Shown here piece by piece: positions 11,529 to 24,100 of a stretch of 64,000 nucleotides of DNA. The position numbers and the translations under genes are program-made. The notes below the pieces were generated by a model, which did no database searches, was not told the origin of the DNA, and worked only from the letters and a program-made list of their open reading frames with translations. The stretch's first letter is position 1, and every line of letters begins with the position of its first letter. The DNA comes from Rhodosorus marinus CCMP1338 (Eukaryota; Plantae; Rhodophyta), in assembly GCA_029953675.1 (NCBI GenBank), contig JAMWBK010000002.1:2790001-2854000 (forward strand). Reading direction: 5' to 3'.

Positions 11529-13499
11529 AGAGGTCTCCCCGTGATTATGCGGAAACGAACCTCACTGGCGCGCCTGTTCACGTAGGCAAAGCCTGCCAGC
11601 TTGGAAACAGGAACGGCATTCGGGCTCACTTTGCTGAGTGGGCGTGAAGCAGAAGCGTGAGCGCACTTAGGGCCAGCTGAGGTGTCGAGATACCAGTGAG
11701 AAGGGGCTGGGTGTGAAATGTTCGCTTTGGCGATTGAACGGAATTGCTGCGTACGCGCTTTGCAAGTTTCAGAGGCCACCTCTGAACCGGACAAATGTTG
11801 TTTTTGTATTTTCCATAGAGGGTAGCTTGTGCCAGTCCTCAAGATGCCTGTTATTTTGTCATTTTTGTTCTATATTTTGAGGGTCCCGCTCGAATCGTGC
11901 TTTGTAATTAGACCTTCACATAGTCTTTTTTTGGAAATTTGTTTCTTGATAGCCGAGTAGTTCTCCCCAATGATTTTGTTTTCTCTTTTTTTAGGCACGC
12001 TTTTGTGTTTCATGCGTGCTCCGTCCTTTTCCGGTCTTCATGTAGAATAGCTCTCAGTGAACTGTTATGAGACCATGGATGCCCCTTAGCGCCACAGTCT
12101 GTGGTTGACACTAAATCTTCTTGACAATGAATGCCATATTTCACGTCTTGATTAGTATACCCAACCTCGTGAGAACAGCCAACCATTCCCCACCCCACCC
12201 CACAATCCGTGTATCTATGCGGTAGGGGGAGGTGCTCCAGTGCGCTTTTGTAGGCCCAGGTCGACTACGCGAAGCGGCAATGTCCACTCCCTGCATTTGA
12301 TGATCTGTTTATTGCACACAGGAAAATAAAACTCACCCAGTTCTCACCGTTTTCAGTTGTAAAATTCTGCTAATTGAGGAGGAGGGCGCTTGTATTGGGA
12401 GACAAACGGTTCCGAGAAGGCTGAGCTTTCGCGGGTGCGGCGCTCAGCTCGACTCGAACATGAGCAAGCGCAGAGCTCGTCAAGGACAACTGCACAGGGG
12501 CGAGCGAACGTATCTGCCAGTCGCCCGGGAGGTTCGCGGAAGCACTCCAGCACCCAGAGCGGGCCCGCAAGACCTAAAGAACAAAAAGCTTTTCGATGAC
12601 AGCAGGGGCAAACTTGGGAGGTGATCATCAAAAGCTTTAAATGCACAGGGCCAAATGATGATCACGACAGCAACGATGCCGGACTTGAGATTCTCCTTCC
12701 TATTTTGTTTTTAAGTTTAGTTTGTTTGGAGCCGATCTGAGCTAACCCGGTCCAAACGTGAAAATTTCTTAATAATTAGAACCCGTTACAGACTGCACCA
12801 ATTTATTGGACAATAGATCTGAAGATCCTCTATAATTGGATGATCTATACACCCAATCAATACGTGAGCTCTCTAATCCCGATAAATCTGGGAAATTAAA
12901 GAACTCTATGTAGTGACAAGTTAAAGCATGATACTCCCAATAAAAACTTCTTGAAGAGAATAGTTTCACTATAATTCCAGACAGGAAAATATAACTGTCA
13001 CTTAAACGACTCTCTTAACATAGAACTCCTGAGAGACAACTTCGCCGTATGAAAATTATAATATGGTAATTCTAGGTATGATATCAGAGAAATATTCGGG
13101 TTAACTGTCATATTCAAGAACTATTCTAAATGTACTATATCTTGATGTTTTAGGTCAAGAAAGAGATATTTGATTATTTGCTTAGGGAAGACAAATCGGG
13201 AGGGAAGGTCATGGAGCAGGGACGCCGGGAGGACTGCTACGTGAAGCACTCTTGCGCTGAGGAAGAAAACGCCTTTTCTTTTTCGGTTCATCCCATAAAG
13301 GAGACGTTGGATTTCTGAATGCATACCATGAATTCTGTGTTTGGTTGACTTCTCCTTTTTGTGAAGCCTGCGGGTCGTCGTCGCCCAGGAGCATTAGGTT
13401 TTTTTTTCTGAGCAATGTTGAGACGCGATTGAAGAGAGGGTTTTCAGTATTCTCTTGACATTTGGAGAAGTTTTGGAGCTGAGCAAATATTGAGTGAGA

Positions 13500-16409
13500 A
13501 TGGCTGGCTTCCTTTTGGCTCCATTTCGGAGTGATTTCAAGTCCGAGCGTTGGTTGAATGGGAGATCGAATGTCGCGCTTATGTGTGCGTTGGGGGGAGC
13601 GGAAGTTGTGGAATGGAGGAGAAAACGACGGTTCTTAGCGATTGTTGAGAGCGATTCAGAGATTCAACCTTTGGATAAAGCTGTAGATGGCGTTGATGAT
13701 GTAGTTCTGGAGGCCTTTACCGAAGACGATGTTCAGCGCAACGCTGAAGGCTTGGAGAGGAGTTTGGAGGTTTCCGACGCCTTGCTGTTCTGCCCGAAAG
13801 GTGGTTACTCCTCAGCGAGTGATGCGGTCCTCCATGGCCTCAGGAATAATTATCAGCATCTCGCGGTCTCGCTCTTTATGCCCACCAGCAGGGTTGAGTA
13901 TTTGGCGCTCAACAAGCTTGGTGAGTTTGACGCGAAGAGAATCATAAGTGAAAAACGAATTTTCCCCGACCTGGGCGCTTATGATCAAGAGGTACGCTGG
14001 ACTCACAAGGCTGGACGCAGAGGCCCAGAGCAGGCGAGTGAATCTCATTGCTTCTACTTTTCGAATAGGATGCTGAGAAGCTCATACAGCAACTCCCGGA
14101 ACTCCTGTCGTTCGTTTCTCCAATGGCTGTGAGCTATGTACAGAGGTTCAGTGATCTAATCTACTCCTGGAAGCAATCGTCATTCGATGGTTATCGAGTG
14201 TCTTTGCAGATTGCCGCAAATCACTGTCCACCAGCATCCGTGATATCCCGCAATGACGTGTTGATTGAAACCGATCAGCTCATCCGTGAACTAAAGCGCG
14301 TACCGACACGACAAGACTTCATCGCTAGACGTAAAGGGCACATTCATGAGGTACAGTCATTTGAAACGTGAGGCTTTCTGATCACACGGAACTAACAGAC
14401 GACAAAAAAATTTTCCGTGGATTTCGTTGACCTTGTGTGACTTACAGGCAATTGAAAACGCTTTTGGAGGACTCAACGAAGTAGTTTCGCTTGTAAGTTT
14501 GGAAAACTCGGAGAGGCGTGAAAGAACCCGGTCTAGGCTAAGGCTCATCGAGAAGAAAGAGCTCGAGCACGCGCTTTGTGAGTTTTGCGATAAGCACCTA
14601 ATGAGTCCAATGACGATGCCTAGGGAGCACGAGCTCGAGTTGGCTGGAAGAACCGATCTCAGGTAGGTCAGGCTATTCAGATTCGCTGTCCTCGTTTTTC
14701 TTGAGTTGTGGGTTTAATTGTTCTCTTCAAGAACGCATCCGAATGCGACGGCCTTCAGTGATAAACTGAACCCAACTGATCACCCACTGTTCTCCGCTGG
14801 TGAGAGTGAAGTTGCGAGAATTTTTTGAGGCACCCGTCCGACATGAGCTGGATGTGAATTTCACTCTGCTTGTAGTATAAGCGACTTAGGACCCAGAAAT
14901 CCAGCTCATTACGTGGTTGACGCGTTGCTTACCGTACTTTGCCTCGCATTTCTTCCGTATAGCTCGATCATACTGTCTCGCGGTGGATTCGAAAAGGTTG
15001 CAGGCGAAATGGGGATGAAATTTCCTACCCAGATAGTTGACAACGTATACCCTACGCTGTCTTCGCTCACGACAAGCATTCAGGAGTTCATTGACGTGCG
15101 AGCTCTGGAGCTCGATTCGGACCAGGTGAGCTTCTTGAAAAACTGTCTCGTGGTGGAAACGGAGAGTGGGCTCGTAGTGGAGAAATCGCCAGCTCAGCTT
15201 TCTTCCTCTTTTTTGTGTCCCAGTTTGAAATAGGGAGGCTATTTATGCCACGATATGATGACTTTCGAATGTACGGCAGGGACGACTTGGTCCATGGAAT
15301 CCGCTCCTACGGAGGGATAAGAAAGCTTGCCAAAGTCATGAATTTGCGTCTCCATAGAACTGCCACCTACTCATACAAGGAGGACATGGTTGGTAAGTAC
15401 GGAAATCGCGGACAGAATATGGACAAGTTGTGCAGAACTTTGTGTACAGAGGTTCGTAGAAGTTGACAAAGGCTCGTTGCTTGAACTGAACAGGGTTGGG
15501 GGAGGCGATCAGTGCATTTCAGTCAGATCACAAGTTGTCCAGCGATGTTTTACCGACGTACGCACAGCTGAGGGAGAAAGGACGTCTTGACTTGATTGCC
15601 GGGATCAAACACAACGGGGGTAAGCAAATGCAAAATTAGTAGCTTCCGGACGCCTTTCATGTGTTAACTTTGTCGAACAACTTAAACGTTCTAGGGATGA
15701 ACTCCGTTGCCAGCGCCATGGGTCTGAAACAGCAAAGAGGAGCGAAGATTCTAGCATCAAGATTGAAGGATGTGGAATGGCTCAAATCTGAGTTGACACG
15801 TTTTGGTCATGATATGCCGACCATCCAGGAACTCTTGGACCATGGACGAGTGGACTTGGTGAAATCCGTTCGCCTTCACGGTGGACGAGAAACGGTTGCT
15901 CAGCTTTGTGGTTTGGCTGTGGATAGAGACCTCACTTTTCTTAGCGAGGATTTCAGTGAGCTTGAGGTGTGCGAGAGTGATGAAGCCCTGTCGTTTAGTG
16001 CTAGCTCCTCTGAGCCGGAAGTACCGGCGAAGATCCAAACCCATGACAATGACCAAGCGAGGAGAACGCAATACAGACCGCCGCATTACTTTCGAGGTTG
16101 GTAGCAACGACATTTTTCCTTCGATTCTTGTTTTCAGCGTCTAACCTTGCTATTTTTGTGGATGGTATTCCGTCCAAACCCATAGACTTCTCGCGAGTGC
16201 GCAGCGAGGTATCTGCCTTCAACTTTTATCACGGCGATCAGGGCGTGATGCCAACAGCACAGGAATTGATATCTAGAGGCAGAGGAGACTTGTTGCGCGG
16301 TATCAAGAGGCATGGTGGACAGAAAATGGTCGCGAGAAAACTTGGTCTCGTCGTACATTCACAGGGACGAAATTCGGCTCTCCAGCGACACAAGGGCCTG
16401 TCCAGATGA
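13500..16409 (+). CDS. Putative plastid-targeted protein with six ~50-aa helical repeats (P-x3-EL-x3-GR-x-DL-x3-I-x2-HGG-x3-VA-x3-GL), multi-exon
   Basis: Transit-like MAGFLLAPF start. GT-AG-bounded exons carry the repeats RVPTRQDF..AFGG, TMPREHELELAGRTDL..RGGFEKVA, FMPRYDDFRMYGRDDL..YGGIRKLA, VLPTYAQLREKGRLDL..HNGGMNSVA, DMPTIQELLDHGRVDL..HGGRETVA and VMPTAQELISRGRGDL..HGGQKMVA. Confidence 0.85.
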
Positions 16410-16927
16410 TCTGGAGTGCTGCTCGGGTCGGCTTTGCCTTCCGGCCTGTGCTGCGTGTACAACAAATAGGATGCTGTTCGTCGTCGAAGTTTGGGAACCT
16501 TTCATTCCCTTTACTTTAAAAATCCTCTTGTTCAAGTTGAACTAATCATAAAGGTTTTTAGGACTGAAATCTATTCAACCCCCCTCCCCCGCCTGTCCTT
16601 CTTATGTAGATCTAACGATCGACAAAGACTTCTTTGATAATTCCGGGCGTTTTCGACAAACCTCCCAAGAGTGCTGTGTGCCCGTGCGCTTCTTCATTGG
16701 AACATGGACCACGATAGCAAGGTATTCGTTTGCCGTTCAGAGACCACTTACACGCCGGCAGGATCCAGCGGTTTGGCGATAATGTCCACATCTACGGAGC
16801 TAGTGCCCGGCTCTGAACCTCTAGGAGATGGCCTTCGGGTCGATCGGTCTTTGCAAAGCAGACCGATTCATTTCATCCTATGGCACCATTGGGTTTTGGC
16901 TATGTACTTTTCCGGGCGGCCCACGCA

Positions 16928-17890
16928 CTATTTTCTATCGTCGCCCGTAAGCGTTTTAGCACGAATTGGTGCAAATTGGGGCACGGGTTTGATTCTCAGT
17001 TCCTCCAAACGCCCGGCCATAGGCGGTTCATACTCCACATCCAGAATTCGCAGTACCGTTTGCGTTTGGCTGTGCCCGTATCTTCTCCTGTGCCGCTTCC
17101 CTTTGTTCCAGATCATACGCTGGATGTGTTTTGACCTCATCTGCGCCTGTACTACTGCGGTGACCTACGTCCGAGGTTAACGAATGTCCGTCAGGCGTGG
17201 GACTAGTGGAGTGGGATTGCCGGAGAGGTTTGCTAATGTACTCACAGACGCGTTTGAAACATAAGGACGACCGAAAACACTCCAGAATCTCGTTGCGCAC
17301 ATCACGACCTTATCCATACGAATGATTTCACCGACATCGAAGGGCAAATTTTCGACAGATATGACGTCGCCGGTAACCACTCTAATCTGACGAGCGCCAA
17401 CTACAACCACCATAAACATATCAGATGGACGTGCGGGCTCGACGCCGACGACATCGCCATGCTCTGTGTACACATCGCTGTACATTTCCTCTTCGTTGAA
17501 TTCCTCGTTAGGGCCGGTTCCCTTGACTGAGAATAGACCGAACCTTTGCGACAATCTCATCTCATAGTTATCTGTTCTGTGTTTCTGCATCTCTGCAACT
17601 AAACTCGGAGGTTGGTAGACTTTCATCTCATCATCAACCTCCCTCCTGAACTTCAGATATTCCTCCGTCCGAGCATGCCTCTTTTCCATCCACTTCTTCC
17701 AGTTCACCTGCGGGGGCCGCCTTTTCAACGGCGGCCACGTGAACGTCCGGTGACTGATCTTCCGTCTGACCTTATCATCAGAATCCTCCGCCGTACTGCA
17801 CATCCATCTAGCCCCTAACAGCTCAGACAAATCCCCACCCAAACCTCTTCTCCTAAAACCAATCCACCTACTCCGAATAACAGAATTCAT
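16928..17890 (-). CDS. MRPL21: Mitochondrial ribosomal protein bL21m, 2 exons (intron 17165-17245)
   Basis: L21 core FMVVVVGARQIRVVTGDVISVENL...DKVVM...FGRPYVSNAS|VTAVVQAQMRSK...KRHRRRYGHSQTQTVLRILDV, preceded by an Arg-rich presequence (MNSVIRSRW). Confidence 0.92.
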
Positions 17891-18210
17891 CCTGCCCGTC
17901 CCGCCTGGATGCACTATTTCACAGACCACAAACTAATGAGGTAAACGTCCCCCATGCCGATCAACAGTTCATCCCCTATCACCCATTTCAAAAGCGTAAA
18001 CTTACAATCCTCACATTAGGAATCAACAATTTCCTAATCATCATCAACATAGCCTCTCCGACCCATCCCTTCTCGATCCCCATCCATCCAAACTTACTCG
18101 TTCCCAACTCTTCTTCCCCAAGAGACCAACGACCGGATCGTCACGATCATCGAGAAAGGCTGGAATATTAAAACAACATAATATTTAAAATTCCCACTTT
18201 TCTCGCTTCT

Positions 18211-18930
18211 TAATTGGACATTTTTACCGAATCATTTGAAAAACATCAGGTAGTACGTTATTATTTACACTATTCATTATCACCAAAAACTTGAAATTAG
18301 AAAAACGTTTATTGCTACTCTAGCATGAATGATTTGTATGGCCAACTTTTGCTTTCTCCTTCTTTAATTGGATAAAAATATCCAATTCGTTCGATAAAAA
18401 AGAGAAAGTGGACACTTTTACCGAATTATTTGATAAAAATCAAGTACTAATTTATTATTTCTATTATTCATTATCTCAAGAACTTGAAATTAGAAATATA
18501 TTTATTGCTGCTCCAGCATGAATGATTTGTATGGCCAACTGTTTTCTTCTTGCATTAATTGGATAGTTTTACCCAATTATTCAGACGAGAAATCGATGTA
18601 ATCGATTTCTTTTATATTATTCATTTAGCGAAACCTTGAAATAGTTATCTTTTTCTGTATTTAGATAGAAAAGTGACTGGTGATTGTTTATTACCCAATC
18701 ATACAATCTAAAGAACTCTCGAAATTGGTTGTTATTTGCATTATCCGAAATATAGATAGATTTGAAATTAAGAATTATTTAGATGTGAAGCTCTCGATAA
18801 ATGGCCAACTCATTTTTTCTGTCGTTGTGATTGGATAAGATTATCCAATGATACGATGAGGATATCCTGGATCTGGTTTCTTGTTAATGTCGTTCATGCT
18901 TCCGGGAATTTGAAATAAAGAAATATTTAA
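18211..18930. repeat. AT-rich degenerate tandem array (~150-270 bp units) carrying ATTGGATA..TATCCAAT palindromes
   Basis: 18217-18350 aligns with 18410-18543 (shared AACTTGAAATTAGAAA and AGCATGAATGATTTGTATGGCCAACT). Palindromes at 18366-18387 and 18830-18849 are perfect 9-bp arms; 18557-18578 has one mismatch; the copy at 18212 is degenerate. Confidence 0.85.
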
Positions 18931-19248
18931 ATGTGAAAATTTGTCGTGCTCAAGTATGTGGTTTCAGAGCCGTTTGAATGGATTTTTGGATTTGGCTGCT
19001 GCTCAACCGTTGGGCTCCTGAGCAAGGAGCTTACTGACGAAGAGGAAGGAAGTAAGTACGGAAGGCTCGTTTTTTGATATTGAAATTCTTATAGAAACGG
19101 CGTTGGAATATTTCCACGGTATCTTTGGCTGTTAAGGTCGAATGCCTTGGCTTTTCGATGTCCGCTTCTGAGCACGAGCGACTGTATTTTGTAGACGCTT
19201 TTTCCGGGTTGGTCTGGGGCGTTTGGTAGAACTCTAGGGTAAATAGCG

Positions 19249-20881
19249 ATGGGGTTTTGTGACTTTGCATTCATTTTGGAGGCATGTTGGATCTCCGCAT
19301 TTGCAATGCTCGGCGTGCAGTGTCGACTGTGGATTGGTAGGCTGTTTGAGTTGATTCAGGTGACTTCGGAATCGACGGCGATGTTTCACGACCTTCCCGC
19401 GAACGCAATGGGAAGTTTTCTCATGGGGTTTTTGACCACCAGGGACTCTATCCTGAAGCAGCTGCATCCAACGCTTCATATTGGGACAAGTACCGGCTTT
19501 CTGGGGTCTTTCACGAGTGAGTTATTTGACTGTTTCCGAGAAGAGTGGCTTAGAAAACGAACGAATTCGAGCTAATGACACTAAATGGGATTCTTGCAAA
19601 CCGTAGCGTTTGCTTCTTGGAACCTCTCGGTTACGGACTTATTCATAATGGGACAAGTGGCCAGCGGACTTGTTGCACTGGTCATCGGCACTCAATCAGC
19701 AATAGTTAGCTGGGTGATGGGGTCACAATTAGCTGCGTTCGTTGAGTACCGGTTTCCTGAGCGCGTGCAGGAAGACGACGAGGAAATTGGGCCTTTCTTG
19801 AAGTCGCAGCACCTTGCTTACGTAGGATTTCCACTCCTCGCGCTTTTGTTTATCGGCTTCTCCATTCTCGTTTGGCAAGACGATAGCAGGAATCGGGATG
19901 AGATTTGGATAGCTACCTTACTTGCACCAGTTGGTAGGTCTGATGAAGTTCCTAACGTAAACACAAGGTTGCAATCCAGCACGCTGAAAATACCTCCCAC
20001 GCTGATCTAGGGGCGTTGGGAAGATGGCAACTCGCCCGGCTAAACAAGAGAGGCGGATGGTTCTTCTGGGGCACATACACTGCGAATATGCTTGCGATTA
20101 GTGTCGATGTGGTAAGGAGAGGTTGGAATCTGAGGGACTGGCTTGAAGAATGCTTGACTAAGTCACAAGCATGTTCCATGGATACCTTTAGGTTGTTGAG
20201 AGCATCATTGTTGCTGAAGAAACGGTGAACTTAGTTGTGCTTGCAATTCCATCAGGCATCGCAGGATGCTTGAGCACTGTAAGAACTGAAAACCTGTAAC
20301 GAGAGCTGAAGAAAATCTGTTCCCTTAAGCGCGCTTGGTATTTTTCTTCCCTGACATGATACAGGTTTCCACATTTGTGAATGAGATCCAGTCTCTGCAG
20401 AAACATCTCGAGGTAAGCCCACGATTACCACAGCGCCCCATAAAACATAGAAATATGCTAATCTCGTCCGAATGACTTGGAATATTCCCGGAAACTAGAT
20501 TAAGGATGTTTCTGAAGAGATTGCTGAGGTATTTCCCAGCCAATTTAACTTTCTGAATAGATGAGTTGCTTAGATCCACTGCTTGTTCCGCAACCCCAAC
20601 TTTCCCCTGCGAAAACTAGGCCGAGGAAGAGCAAGTGAAGAAAGTACCTCAAGCTATCAAGTAAGTGAAGAGAAAAAATACTGGAAGGTTTTCCAGCTGG
20701 CCCGCGGTTAGAAGCACATCGCTGAATAGCAGCTCGTACAACGCTTGCTAACCATGCTCCACGTTCGCTCTATTTCTTCAGGGATATGGCAAAACAGTAT
20801 ATCTACGTTTTGGCTTCTCTCGGTTCGGCACAGGCGCTCTTTTTGCTCACGTACGGCACCGTGACATGGACCCGTGGTTAA
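19249..20881 (+). CDS. FEX: Fluoride export protein (two Fluc/CrcB domains), multi-exon
   Basis: Fluc motifs LPANAMGSFLMG and TGFLGSFT|TFASW in domain 1; GRWQLARLN, GTYTANMLA and SGIAGCLSTV|STFVNEI in domain 2. Terminal exon ends AKQYIYVLASLGSAQALFLLTYGTVTWTRG*. Confidence 0.92.
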
Positions 20882-21040
20882 TCAAGGCAATCCCGTCGTC
20901 AAGTAGCTTCCGTGCCTTTGGATCGGAACTGTTTCTATAAGTGGGTAGCAGCAACGGGTTGGTTGAATCGACGTTCTCATGATCACATCTTTTCTTAAAA
21001 TTTCTGTTTCTTTTTTTGTCTTTCTGTTCGATGTTCTCAG

Positions 21041-22330
21041 TTATTCAAAAAGCTTGTCCAGAGATGTACATTCCATGACGTTGGAACCGATGCTTGAGCT
21101 TCCACTACCCTCTACGTTGACGTAGAGCAACTTCCGAATGAATCGTTGCAGTTCGCTCACGATAACAAGATCACAGTCCACGTGCAGATGTGGTTCGAGT
21201 TGCCTGCCGCATGTATTGTACAAAAGTGTTATTTACTGAGTTCTTTGATCGGGAGTGATTTGGAAAGAAAGGAAATGGGGGTTGCCAACTCGCGGCCATC
21301 GAGACACAGCGTGCACTGAGAAAGTACTTACCTAACGCTGGACACCCTACCGACCGGGGTCTCGCAGAAGATGATTTTCAGAGGGTTCAACCCATGCTGA
21401 AATAGTCCGGATGCCTTGAACGCCTCGTGAACTTTCTCTTCACTCTCGTCGTCATCCACCCTGACGATAATAAACACATCAAAACGGCTAACAAGCTTGG
21501 AAAAACTGGCTAGTGTGCTTTTGTCCAGGCTCATAAGCCCGCTGGCCTTATCACGCTGCAAAACAACGGGAATGCTTGTGTCCAGTCCGACGGTTATCCG
21601 CCGGACGCCATCTAATCCTCGACTGCCTCTTGAATCAGTGGCTAATGATGAACTCCTCCCCGTCCTAGATATCTGAGGATCAGAACCAGAAGCCAGTCTT
21701 CTCCTGCAAACGAAGAAAAGAACGACATTAGCATTAGCCCGATCGCTAATTTGGTTTCATGCACTCCGTCATATGATAGAACAGCATAGATCTTTGGGAA
21801 CGCACTTCCTGAGCATAGAGTAAACCATCGCCGCGCCAGCGATAACGAAGAGGAACAAAGGTAGTCCCCTGTACAGAGAGCATTCACAATAGAAGGCACA
21901 ATCAGTATTCGCTTTTGCAGAGTTTCCAGCCTGCAGAAGCAGAAACGAAAAGTCGCTCACCCAATTCTATTCACGATAACCTTAAAGTGCGTCTGCAAGG
22001 ACAGAACATGTTGAATCACCCAGCGCCGCATAGCTCAAACGCAGCCGAAACACAAACAAATCGGGGGCAGATCCCTTGCTCTTCACAGAAAACTCACTGC
22101 CTTTCTAGAGCTTTCCAGTTGATGCGATTTCTCCTCCCTTCCGTGCCCCTTCAATGGCCTTTCACCCGTCGCACAAATACAGCAACACCTAAGGCGGAGT
22201 TGAGACCAGAACACCCAAAAAACCTTTTGACTCGAAAGAAACGACGCAAAATTCTACGGATATAGATCTTTCTCCGATCCAGTAGACCAAAAAAAAGGGT
22301 CTCTAAAACCAACCAAACTATTCCCAATCG
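21041..22330 (-). CDS. PEX22: Peroxin 22 (plant-type), multi-exon; 5' end uncertain
   Basis: Spliced C-terminus VHEAFKASGLFQHGLNPLKIIFCETPVGRVSSVR|QLEPHLHVD resembles the plant PEX22 motif KVLFCSTExGRxSFVRQLEPDWHID. N-terminal TM GLPLFLFVIAGAAMVYSML followed by a basic stretch RKRR. Confidence 0.8.
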
Positions 22331-22788
22331 ACGAGAATCCTCACACTTCCATAGACCTGCAACCGCCCCGTCAAGACTTCGGTAGCGTCGAAACAAGGAG
22401 ACTCATTTCCTTCGTTCAGATCCTGAACAGACTCTTTTGTTATGAAGAGGTTCTACTCCTGTCCCAAAATATCATTTAACAACACCAGAAATTGCTGTGA
22501 AGAGGTAATTGTTACCCCTCGCCGACAACACCACTTCGACCAGGGCTGTCCCGGTGTTTCCTTTAAGCAAACAAACATGAACATTGCTGATTTTGCATTG
22601 ACCGTCCTTAGTTGCCGAACGCGAAAGCACGCCCTGCACGAAAAGAGTCCTCTTAGAGTCTTTGGGCTCTACTGTTTACAAGAGCGACGCCACTTGCTTG
22701 CTTTTTCTGCTAATTTGAAAACTCTAGAGCATCCGATACTTAGTTGGGAGGCTGCTCTGAGACCACCGGTTGCTCCTTAGGAGCCCTA

Positions 22789-24100
22789 CAGGAGTGTCCA
22801 AAGTGGCTCTGGACATTGGCTGCAATGTCCCACGTGCACTGGGTGCGGATACCACAATTTTGCTAATTTAGAATTTTGTCGGTCACGTGGTGGTGACACT
22901 TAAAGCTCCTATTGTTCGTCCTCATTCAACAATGAACGATTGCAATTTCTAAATTTAGATTCTCTTTTCGATAATGTTGCAGGATTAGGACCATGATTTT
23001 CTTAACTGAGATTCTGCTGCTCCGCGCTTGTCCCACATGCCTGCGTCACCTTCAGTATCTGGTTTTTCTTCAAATTTTGTTCATCCTCCGTTTTGCATGG
23101 TGCGACGGTTGGTTGAGGCCGAGCGGACGGGCGTGCGAGCGCGTGAAGTGCAATCGCTTCTCAGGACGGAGGCATTCGCTTTTAACGTTTTCAGATTAGA
23201 AGAATATGCCAAAAACAGCAAAGAAAAACCAAGGGTTTAACCGCTCGTATGAGTATGTCGCGCTAGAGGCCGTTCCGTTCGCCATATCCGCCGAGTGCAG
23301 GTTGTTGCTAAAGCGTGCCCCCGATGAAAGCTTTGGATTTGCAACGCGTGGATCTGTCTCGTCCTACGAAGGCGTACTTCTGCAACGCAATCTAGTTGCT
23401 CAGCACATGGTGTGCTCCCTGCAAATCGTTTTCACCCGGTTAGATAAGTCGGCTTGCTGGAGCTTGTCCGCAGAGCAGTTGCTGGCACGGAACCCTACCA
23501 CTGTGAAGGATACGTCAAGACTTGGCTCAGATCGTCTGGGTCCAGCTAGTATAGACCACAGTTATCCGGTATCGATCAGGCGGAAGGGACGCAATCTCGA
23601 ATCCACGAGCTCTCTGATACAAGACTATATCAGATCTCCTAGCCGGAGCTTGGCAGGATGCTTAGGAAAACTAGAGCCGAAGGAACCAATGTCCTCAGTA
23701 GCGTAACCCTGCCGTGGTTATGTTTAAAAATTTAAGGTATTGCACAAGACCCAATTTGGAATCAATCGTCAGACGAGCGGAACACTCTGCATATTTCAAA
23801 GCTAAACCGATGAATCTCAGTGATAAGCTGTGCTCACGGTGGTTGGCCGTCGACCAAGTTCACGATGTAGCGGTGCAAAAAGGATCCAATGTAAAGCACC
23901 TTGCGTTCAAGAGGGACCGAGAACAGACCATCGCCAGTTACAAAAAGTGGTAGTAGACGCCATTCTGAGCTGAACTTGGCTTGGAGAAACCTAACTTTTA
24001 ACCACTCCTCTCCTCCCCCAAAGTAGAATATGCTAGACCAGCGCCACATTAAAAATGCAAGGTACCCGGCCCCAGCCCCCAGACACTCCTCAGTCGAATT
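22789..24100 (+). mobile_element. Decayed DNA-transposon (hAT-like) relic
   Basis: CAGGAGTGTCCAAAGTGG at 22789 resembles hAT-type termini. Hairpin GGACATTG/CAATGTCC at 22811-22830. Broken frames follow (KTISDLLAGAW; KLCSRWLAVDQV, compare the hAT TRW motif). No partner TIR found. Confidence 0.35.

Noticed and set aside
12350-12670. Non-LTR RT fragment (SPGRFAEAL ... LFDD)
   Set aside because: The resemblance needs frameshifts and lacks other RT motifs; too weak.
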